Part shown: in pieces, positions 1 through 5,552 of the stretch
Position numbering within the stretch: the first letter of the stretch is position 1
How the letters are laid out: each line of letters starts with the position of its first letter
NCBI GenBank assembly: GCA_937861125.1
Contig: CALMAY010000038.1
Coordinates: 27,942 to 91,941 of the forward strand
Source of the DNA: an uncultured bacterium
GTDB taxonomy: Bacteria > Patescibacteriota > Patescibacteriia > Magasanikbacterales > UBA922
DNA length: 64,000 bases
Direction: 5' to 3'
Notes under the pieces: model-generated
Seen by the model: only the letters and a program-made list of their open reading frames with translations
What the model was told of the DNA's origin: nothing
Database searches by the model: none
Made by a program: the position numbers and the translations under genes

Positions 1-384
1 AAAGCGGGAGCAGTGGTCTGTGTTGTAGGAAAAACACCAAAAGAAGAAGGGGACAACAAAGTGTTTGTTGAAAAAGCATTTGTCCTAACACCTGAGTCAG
101 CACCAGCTGTCGCAAGTCAGCTCGCAGTCGGTGGCAATATGCCTGCACCTGCACCAGCCGCAGCACCCGTAGAAGCACGACTCGAAATTGAGATGACTCA
201 AGAGCAAGTATCAATGGCAGCCGAGAAACTCAAAGGCACATTTATGCGCAATCCAGGACGGACTCGTGTCTATATTCGTGTTGGGTCAAATGTGTTGCGC
301 ACAGATATTTTGGTGGAGCCGTCAGAAGCTTTGAAACAAGAAATTGAGAATGTGGTGGGGGTGGGGAGTGTCGGAAATTTTTAA
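1..384 (+). CDS. 3' end of a gene entering from the left edge; tail tentatively resembles the C-terminus of DNA polymerase III alpha (DnaE)
   Basis: Frame 1 is open from nt 1 to TAA at 382-384 (same frame as track ORF 13..384). The pattern ARLEIEM...GRTRVYIRVGSNVLRTDILVEPSEALKQEIENVVG recalls DnaE termini. Judged from memory only. Confidence 0.3.
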   Translation, partial: KAGAVVCVVGKTPKEEGDNKVFVEKAFVLTPESAPAVASQLAVGGNMPAPAPAAAPVEARLEIEMTQEQVSMAAEKLKGTFMRNPGRTRVYIRVGSNVLRTDILVEPSEALKQEIENVVGVGSVGNF

Positions 385-561
385 TTAAATTGGTGAATGT
401 TCTTGCCAACTTTTCAATTCATCAAATATTTTGTCATTAAAAGATTTTGGTTTGAATTTGAAAATAGCATCAGCATTTCTCGTGCAATACTCAAGTTCTT
501 TGGCATTGTTTTGACTTGAATACCATTTGAAACTGTCGATAATATTGGCGTTTTTATCTGT
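385..561 (-). pseudogene. 58-codon protein-like open frame with no ATG, directly downstream of ORF 554..1009 in another frame; possible frameshifted continuation
   Basis: Minus-strand frame reads TDKNANIIDSFKWYSSQNNAKELEYCTRNADAIFKFKPKSFNDKIFDELKSWQEHSPI, with its stop at 385-387 abutting the convergent stop at 382-384. The junction lies at an A5 run (553-557). Confidence 0.3.
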
Positions 562-1009
562 TTAGGTGACGAGTACCCTTCAATTTATTAACGGTGGCAA
601 TATATTCACCCGCTTCTCTAATTAATTCTTCGATGGTATGGATATCTTTTTTGGTAATAGCTTCTCTAATTTTTAAAGCAATTTGGTCTATATAAGTTAC
701 TTCTTCAGGTATTTCATCTAGATTTGTTACTCTACGTGCTATATATTGAAGATCCGATATTTTACGGTCTGGATCTGTTATTGATTCTATATATTTTTGG
801 TTTATGTCTTCAAAGAATTTTCTTACAGTTCTAGGTTGATCTTTTATTGCGTCCCAATATTTTTCCTGCCCTGTACGTTTAAAACGATTTAAGTTATGTT
901 GAATTATGCCATATTCATTTTGGTAATGATATAAGTCGTATAGAGCTTCGTTTATTTTTTCTTGTTTTTCTCGGCTAACTTCTAGTTGTATCGGTCTTTC
1001 TCGTTCCAT
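554..1009 (-). CDS. hypothetical helical protein (orphan) in an AT-rich islet
   Basis: 151-aa ORF from the track with no motif I recognise. Local composition is clearly more AT-rich than its neighbours. Confidence 0.5.
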   Translation of the reverse strand: MERERPIQLEVSREKQEKINEALYDLYHYQNEYGIIQHNLNRFKRTGQEKYWDAIKDQPRTVRKFFEDINQKYIESITDPDRKISDLQYIARRVTNLDEIPEEVTYIDQIALKIREAITKKDIHTIEELIREAGEYIATVNKLKGTRHLNR

Positions 1010-1109
1010 ATAGTTATATTATAAATAATAAATTTTTTTCTGAGTATGGAGTTTCTATGCATGGATTATTACATAATAATCTTTTATTAATCTTTGATTA
1101 ACAATATAC

Positions 1110-2315
1110 TTAGTATTCATAAATATGCCAATTCGGATCCGGTGTAATCGTATCCCATGATGAAAAATCATGTTTCTGTGCATGTGCATAGCCTGCTACT
1201 GCGATCATGGCTGCATTGTCCATCGAGTATTCGCGAGGACAGGTGAGAAACAAAATATCTAATTTCAAATTACTAATTTCTAATGACAACGTTTCACGAA
1301 GTTTTTGGTTAGCACTCACACCACCAGCGAGGATGACAGTCTTTGGGTTATATTGTTTGATTGCTCTGAGTGTTTTTTGGGTGAGGACATCGACGATGGC
1401 GGTTTCAAAACTGGCACAGAAATCTTCTTTGGTTACGCCCACTACGTCATTCTGAGCGGAGCGAGCCTGAGGTGAGCGGAGTCGAAGAATCCCGAGCATT
1501 TGTCGTATGAAGCTGGGATCTTTCGACTTCACTTCACTTCGTTGCGTTTCGCTCAAGATGACGTGATCGCGCAGCCAGTAGAGTGCCGATGTCTTGAGTC
1601 CTGCAAAACTAAAATCATAGTTTGGCTCTTTGAGCATCGGACGTGGAAACGGTATCGCATCTGTGCGTCCAGTTTTTGCGAGTGCAGAAATTTTTGGTCC
1701 ACCAGGATATTCGAGATCAAGGAGTTTGGCGACTTTATCAAAGCACTCTCCGGCTGCATCGTCGCGCGTCTTGCCGATGAGTTCGTAGACACCATGGTCT
1801 TTCATCAGGATGAGTTCGGTATGTCCACCACTGACAATCAAACAGAGCGTTGGAAATTTTAGATTTGTGATTTCAGATTTTAGATTACCTTTTTGTTCGT
1901 TGAGTAATACTGAGTAAATGTGGCCTTCTATGTGGTTTACACGAATAAGCGGAACATTCCATAGATACGAAAGTGTCTTGGCAGTCTCAACACCAACAAG
2001 TAACCCAGTCAAAAGTCCTGGTCCAGCCGTCACCGCAATAGCATCTGGTACAAATGGTGTACTTTTGGCTTCGCACTTTTGGCTTCGAACTTCACCCAAT
2101 ACTTCCTCAATCACCGGCATAATATTCTCCGCATGTTTGCGCCCAGCAAGTTCTGGAACCACGCCACCGTATGCTTTGTGAATATCAATCTGGCTCGCAG
2201 TTTTTTGTGCTACTACTTCCGCTGTGCCATCTGCGTGAAATGCTAACACAGCGGCGCTAGTGTCGTCGCAGGATGATTCGATGCCGAGGATATAGTAGGG
2301 TGCTTTATTGATCAT
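1110..2315 (-). CDS. tsaD: tRNA N6-adenosine threonylcarbamoyltransferase TsaD (Kae1/Gcp family)
   Basis: ILGIESSCDDTSAAV, HIEGHIYS, LIVSGGHTEL, FSFAGLKTSA and AGGVSANQKLRE are TsaD hallmarks. Start trimmed to MINKAPYYILGIESS (ATG 2315-2313), which gives an ATGA overlap with the upstream methyltransferase stop. Confidence 0.9.
   Translation of the reverse strand: MINKAPYYILGIESSCDDTSAAVLAFHADGTAEVVAQKTASQIDIHKAYGGVVPELAGRKHAENIMPVIEEVLGEVRSQKCEAKSTPFVPDAIAVTAGPGLLTGLLVGVETAKTLSYLWNVPLIRVNHIEGHIYSVLLNEQKGNLKSEITNLKFPTLCLIVSGGHTELILMKDHGVYELIGKTRDDAAGECFDKVAKLLDLEYPGGPKISALAKTGRTDAIPFPRPMLKEPNYDFSFAGLKTSALYWLRDHVILSETQRSEVKSKDPSFIRQMLGILRLRSPQARSAQNDVVGVTKEDFCASFETAIVDVLTQKTLRAIKQYNPKTVILAGGVSANQKLRETLSLEISNLKLDILFLTCPREYSMDNAAMIAVAGYAHAQKHDFSSWDTITPDPNWHIYEY
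1444..1563. repeat. 120-bp imperfect palindromic (MITE/REP-like) element inserted in frame in tsaD
   Basis: Left arm is acgtcattctgagcggagcgagcctgaggtgagcggagtcgaagaatcccgagc. The reverse complement of the right arm is acgtcatcttgagcgaaacgcaacgaagtgaagtgaagtcgaaagatcccagc. The 120 nt equal 40 codons. Confidence 0.75.
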
Positions 2316-2821
2316 ATCGTATAGAGATAGAGTGTCGGTTGCTTCTCCCGTTTGATCACCTCTGTTGGTACCCACTGTGGGAGTGGCCAAACATAGGAGA
2401 GTACTATACTGCCAGGTTTGAGCTCTTTTTTCAACTTCTCCATAAGTTTGGGAAACATCTCGGGCATGAGGAAAAAATAGACGTGTGTGGTGTCAGAGAG
2501 ATCGGTGTGCCAGAGATTTTTGTATCTGATCTGTACTCGACTGCGTGCAGGTGAAAACAGTCGTCGTATGTGTGCGATGATGTAGGGGAGGAGAGAGATC
2601 TCTAGTCCTGTGGCACGAGCACCTCGCTCTGCGGCAGCGATAGTGAGTCGTCCGTCACCACAACCGATATCACAAAAGACAGAATCTTTGTTTAGTTTTA
2701 GTGCGTCAATAATTGCTGATACATCATCTTTGCGTGTTGGTACCCATGGCGCGCCCTTGTATCCAGCATAGGCGAAGGTGCCAAAGATAGCGAGGAGGAT
2801 GGTAATGGTAAAAAGTTCCAT
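2312..2821 (-). CDS. class I SAM-dependent methyltransferase with an N-terminal TM helix
   Basis: Motif I DIGCGDGRL followed by an acidic LE; N-terminal hydrophobic segment. Stop overlaps the tsaD start (ATGA). Confidence 0.65.
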   Translation of the reverse strand: MELFTITILLAIFGTFAYAGYKGAPWVPTRKDDVSAIIDALKLNKDSVFCDIGCGDGRLTIAAAERGARATGLEISLLPYIIAHIRRLFSPARSRVQIRYKNLWHTDLSDTTHVYFFLMPEMFPKLMEKLKKELKPGSIVLSYVWPLPQWVPTEVIKREKQPTLYLYTI

Positions 2822-2824
2822 ATA

Positions 2825-3673
2825 TTATCGTTGAAATAGTGACCACATGGTAGAGAGTATCTGCTGCGCAGTGTCTAGTTTGTTTTGACGATGGAGTTCT
2901 GCGGCAAAACGAACACCGCGATAACTCAGTGGTGTTGAGATAATTTCCATGTAGTGTGGGTCATGTGCAAATTCTTTTTTTGCAAAATCCCAACACGCAT
3001 ATGCTTCATCGATATTGTCTGCCTGCCCAACCATCTGGAGTGTGTAGTACACAATGTCATAATATCTAAATGACCAACCACTCCATCCGCTGTCCACAAG
3101 TGTCAGTCTTCCTGTCTGCTTGTCTTTTGCTATATGCCATGGGACGAGATCGTGGTGCTGAAATGCACGAGTATCAAAATGTCGCTTGAGATATGTGTGG
3201 AGCTGTTCTGCTTGTGTCTGAGTGATAAGCGTGTGTTCCAAAAGGTACGTCACATCTGTCTCAAAACGCGGCCAATTGAGCTGACGTCTCTCGTCGCTAT
3301 CATCTCTGATCTCTGTTGGAATATCACTGTAGGGGATGTCTAGACACCATTTCAAAAACGTAAACATTTCCTGTCTGTAACTCTCGAATGCTTGCGCATC
3401 TGCTGCCGTCTGTATGTCCGCTGCGAGCCAGTCATGTGTGGTGCTGATATCGGGGTAGACGAGAGAGGTGCCATCAAATGTAGGCAGGAGAAAATCAAAT
3501 CCCACCTCTTTCCCTTGGGTGTAGTGGTAGAGAAATGTTTGGTTGTGAAACTCGCGGGTGTTTTCTACAATACCTGCCGCTGTCTTGGCGTGTTTTACAA
3601 ATGTCGGTGCGTCACCTGAAAGGTTGCGGAATATATGTATATTGGCTGTTTCTTTGATCGTGTGGTATTCCAT
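2825..3673 (-). CDS. putative phosphotransferase (APH/choline-kinase-like fold), tentative
   Basis: HHDLVPWHI ... LVDSGWSG resembles the HxDxxxxN / DxG catalytic and Mg-binding motifs of the APH family. Otherwise unrecognised. Confidence 0.35.
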   Translation of the reverse strand: MEYHTIKETANIHIFRNLSGDAPTFVKHAKTAAGIVENTREFHNQTFLYHYTQGKEVGFDFLLPTFDGTSLVYPDISTTHDWLAADIQTAADAQAFESYRQEMFTFLKWCLDIPYSDIPTEIRDDSDERRQLNWPRFETDVTYLLEHTLITQTQAEQLHTYLKRHFDTRAFQHHDLVPWHIAKDKQTGRLTLVDSGWSGWSFRYYDIVYYTLQMVGQADNIDEAYACWDFAKKEFAHDPHYMEIISTPLSYRGVRFAAELHRQNKLDTAQQILSTMWSLFQR

Positions 3674-3695
3674 AGGAGGGGGTTACTATAGTCTA

Positions 3696-3733
3696 CATCA
3701 TAACAAAAAAAAGACCTCATGTATATGAGATCT
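3696..3733 (-). terminator. rho-independent terminator after tRNA-Glu
   Basis: Minus strand reads AAAGATCTCAT-atac-ATGAGGTCTTTTTTTT. Confidence 0.6.
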
Positions 3734-3736
3734 TTT

Positions 3737-3811
3737 TGGTAGCGCCAAGGGGAATCGAACCCCTGTTCTCAGGATGAAAACCTAATGTCCTAACCACTAG
3801 ACGATGGCGCC
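3737..3811 (-). tRNA. tRNA-Glu (anticodon UUC), CCA encoded
   Basis: GGCGCCATCGTCTAGTGGTTAGGACATTAGGTTTTCATCCTGAGAACAGGGGTTCGATTCCCCTTGGCGCTACCA folds as a cloverleaf by hand. Anticodon loop is TTTTCAT. Confidence 0.9.
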
Positions 3812-3818
3812 ATGTGCA

Positions 3819-4064
3819 TTATTCAAAAATGCGTCTGTATAATTTTTCTTTTTCACTACTGTTGGTTTTGAGCTGATACTCTCTTTTTCGTGCAAGCGTT
3901 CCTGATACGTATGCTTCGTAGTAGACGAGTTGGTATGGAATTTTTGAACGAATTGATTTGGTTTTACCACTATTGTGTTCCACAAGTCTTTTTCGTAGGT
4001 CTTCAGTGTATCCGATATAGGTGGTTTTGTCTATAGTGGATTGTAAAACGTATGTATAAAACAT
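3819..4064 (-). CDS. small GIY-YIG nuclease-domain protein (81 aa, catalytic domain only)
   Basis: MFYTYVLQS...TTYIGYTEDLRKRLVEHNSG is a GIY-YIG pattern (Y..Y / YIG / R / E-N). Stop lies 7 nt upstream of the tRNA-Glu 5' end. Confidence 0.8.
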   Translation of the reverse strand: MFYTYVLQSTIDKTTYIGYTEDLRKRLVEHNSGKTKSIRSKIPYQLVYYEAYVSGTLARKREYQLKTNSSEKEKLYRRIFE

Positions 4065-4071
4065 AGTCTTG

Positions 4072-4149
4072 TCAAGGATGCCACCCTACGGGTGGTCACC
4101 CGCGAGGGTGAAAAACCTAATGTCCTAACCACTAGACGATGGCGCCATG
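4072..4149 (-). pseudogene. orphan copy of the tRNA-Glu 5' half, with its anticodon loop interrupted by two GC hairpins
   Basis: 4112..4149 is identical to 3777..3814 (38 bp: 3 nt of leader plus tRNA positions 1-35). Hairpins CCACCC-TAC-GGGTGG (4081-4095) and TCACCC-GCGA-GGGTGA (4096-4111) follow. Then CATCCTTGA (4080-4072) resembles the anticodon-stem 3' strand CATCCTGA. Confidence 0.8.
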
Positions 4150-4172
4150 AGTTGAATTGTGAAAACAGTGAC

Positions 4173-4201
4173 AGTATAACTGGTTTTTGGTCGTTCGTCA
4201 A
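4173..4201 (-). promoter_or_regulatory. sigma-70-type promoter TTGACG-N17-TATACT driving remnant, GIY-YIG and tRNA-Glu
   Basis: Minus-strand -35 at 4201-4196, 17-nt spacer, -10 at 4178-4173. Back to back with the rplJ promoter. Confidence 0.6.
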
Positions 4202-4206
4202 CCCCC

Positions 4207-4235
4207 TTGACAGATATAGAGATATCCTGTATTCT
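4207..4235 (+). promoter_or_regulatory. promoter TTGACA-N17-TATTCT for rplJ-rplL
   Basis: -35 at 4207-4212, 17-nt spacer, -10 at 4230-4235. Confidence 0.55.
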
Positions 4236-4241
4236 ATCCTC

Positions 4242-4413
4242 ATAACCACAGACAGTAGCTTCCGCCCAAAGCGGATTAAATACGCTACCGAGGTGAATCT
4301 ACTCTCCCTATACATAGGGGATTTGGTCGAAGATTTATCGTTTTACTGTGGTTTTGCCACGGTTTTTTATTTCCCTGTATTTCAGGCAAATAGACCGTTG
4401 TTAAATACTTTCT
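4242..4413 (+). promoter_or_regulatory. rplJ (L10) leader with a candidate attenuator
   Basis: Terminator-like CUGUGG-UUUUG-CCACGG plus U6 at 4346-4368, about 45 nt before the rplJ start. Upstream ACCACAG (4245-4251) can pair with CUGUGGU as an alternative. Nested helix GUAGC...GCUAC contains CCGC-ccaaa-GCGG. Confidence 0.45.
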
Positions 4414-4938
4414 ATGGCAAAAACACGTGCACAAAAAGAACAAGCAGCAGTGGTGCTCGAACAAACCATGAAAAAAGCCAAAGGCATTGTCTTTGTCAAT
4501 TACCAAGGTTTGACGATTCCACAGACTGATGAGTTGCGTAAAGCATGTCGTGAAAACGACGCGGTGTTTATCGCAAGTAAAAAGACATTGGTGCGTATGG
4601 CACTTGCCAACATTGGCAGTACTGTCGACACCAAATCTTTTGATGGTTCTGTGGCTGTGATTGCAGGTATGAGTGATGAAGTTACTGCGGCTAAAATTGC
4701 AGGTGACTTCGCCAAAAAGAATGACAAACTTGTCTTCTTTGGTGGTGTCCTCGAAGGATCACTTATCGACGCACAGCAGGCAAAAGCACTCGCAGCTCTT
4801 CCAAGTAAGCAACAGCTTCTTGGTCAGCTGGTTGGAACATTGAACGCTCCAGTATCTGGATTTGTCAACGTTCTCGCTGGCAACATCCGTGGATTGGTCA
4901 CAGTCCTCGATGCAGTCAAGAGTCAGAAAGCAGCATAA
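4414..4938 (+). CDS. rplJ: 50S ribosomal protein L10
   Basis: N-terminus MAKTRAQKEQ..VFVNYQGLTIPQTDELRKACRE and position upstream of rplL. Confidence 0.9.
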   Translation: MAKTRAQKEQAAVVLEQTMKKAKGIVFVNYQGLTIPQTDELRKACRENDAVFIASKKTLVRMALANIGSTVDTKSFDGSVAVIAGMSDEVTAAKIAGDFAKKNDKLVFFGGVLEGSLIDAQQAKALAALPSKQQLLGQLVGTLNAPVSGFVNVLAGNIRGLVTVLDAVKSQKAA

Positions 4939-4980
4939 CTTGTTTACTTTTCAAATTATTAACTTGTAATTCAAAAATAT

Positions 4981-5376
4981 ATGTCAGACGTAGTCGTACC
5001 AGAGAAGTTTGCTTCTCTTGTCTCTGAAATCGAAAAGATGTCAGTACTTGATCTCTCAGAGCTCGTAAAAGTGCTTGAAGAGAAATTTGGTGTATCAGCA
5101 GCAGCTCCAGCCATGATGATGGCAGCTCCAGCAGCAGGTGCAGCAGCTCCAGCAGCAGAAGAGAAATCTTCATTTACTGTTGAGCTCACTGAAGCAGGTG
5201 ACAACAAAATCAATGTCATCAAAGCAGTAAAAGAAATCACAGGTCTTGGACTTGCTGATGCAAAAGCTCTCGTTGATGGTGCTCCAAAAGCAGTTAAAGA
5301 AGGCGTAGCAAAAGCAGACGCTGAAGAAATGAAAAAGAAAATCGAAGAAGCAGGTGGTAAAGTCACCTTGAAATAA
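4981..5376 (+). CDS. rplL: 50S ribosomal protein L7/L12
   Basis: Ala-rich hinge followed by [56 protein letters not shown]. Confidence 0.95.
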   Translation: MSDVVVPEKFASLVSEIEKMSVLDLSELVKVLEEKFGVSAAAPAMMMAAPAAGAAAPAAEEKSSFTVELTEAGDNKINVIKAVKEITGLGLADAKALVDGAPKAVKEGVAKADAEEMKKKIEEAGGKVTLK

Positions 5377-5395
5377 CACGCAGTGTTATTTCAAG
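5367..5395 (+). other. perfect 13-bp hairpin spanning the rplL stop codon
   Basis: CTTGAAATAACAC-gca-GTGTTATTTCAAG with no U tract after it, so function is unclear. Confidence 0.4.
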
Positions 5396-5396
5396 A

Positions 5397-5445
5397 GTGA
5401 TCCTGAGCGAAATCCCGCCGTGGCGGGATGTAGTCGAAGGATCTC
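5397..5445. repeat. half-copy related to the tsaD palindromic element
   Basis: gtgatcctgagcg ... gtcgaaggatctc matches both ends of one tsaD arm (gtcattctgagcg ... gtcgaagaatccc). The centre differs (hairpin ATCCCGCC/GGCGGGAT). Confidence 0.5.
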
Positions 5446-5461
5446 TCATTCTCTAGATAAT

Positions 5462-5492
5462 AAAAACCCTGTACCTATGGTACAGGGTTTTT
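5462..5492. terminator. bidirectional rho-independent terminator
   Basis: AAAAACCCTGTACC-tatg-GTACAGGGTTTTT lies between convergent rplL and the 730-aa gene. Confidence 0.8.
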
Positions 5493-5519
5493 GTATCGTC
5501 ATGAGCCTTGTGAGCATTC

Positions 5520-5540
5520 TAAGCCTCCTGAGCATTTTAA
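5520..5540. repeat. short intergenic motif TAAGCCTCCTGAGCATTTTAA (second copy at 20413..20436)
   Basis: The two copies differ at one position. Local sub-repeats gagcattctaagcc / gagcattttaatcc / ttttaagcc. Confidence 0.5.
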
Positions 5541-5552
5541 TCCTTTTAAGCC

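Noticed and set aside
1207-2181. Plus-strand ORFs 1207..1455, 1500..1862 and 1918..2181 (82-120 aa) inside tsaD
   Set aside because: They are antisense to a strongly conserved TsaD reading frame. The SLRFAQDDV stretch of 1500..1862 is just the palindromic repeat read on the other strand.
2312-2315. Alternative genetic code (UGA recoding, as in some CPR lineages)
   Set aside because: TGA terminates the methyltransferase in an ATGA overlap with the tsaD start. Conserved proteins have normal lengths under code 11 without in-frame TGA read-through.
3737-4149. Group I intron, or a split or permuted tRNA-Glu
   Set aside because: The downstream tRNA-Glu copy is already contiguous and folds as a complete cloverleaf with CCA, so no splicing is needed. 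The upstream piece is a duplicate 5' half, so the layout fits an insertion with target duplication.
4031-4529. ORFs 4031..4315 (-), 4092..4529 (+) and 4285..4506 (-) across the tRNA remnant, promoter and rplJ leader region
   Set aside because: They run through two back-to-back promoters, a tRNA fragment and the structured rplJ leader. They have no protein-like motifs and overlap the real rplJ start.
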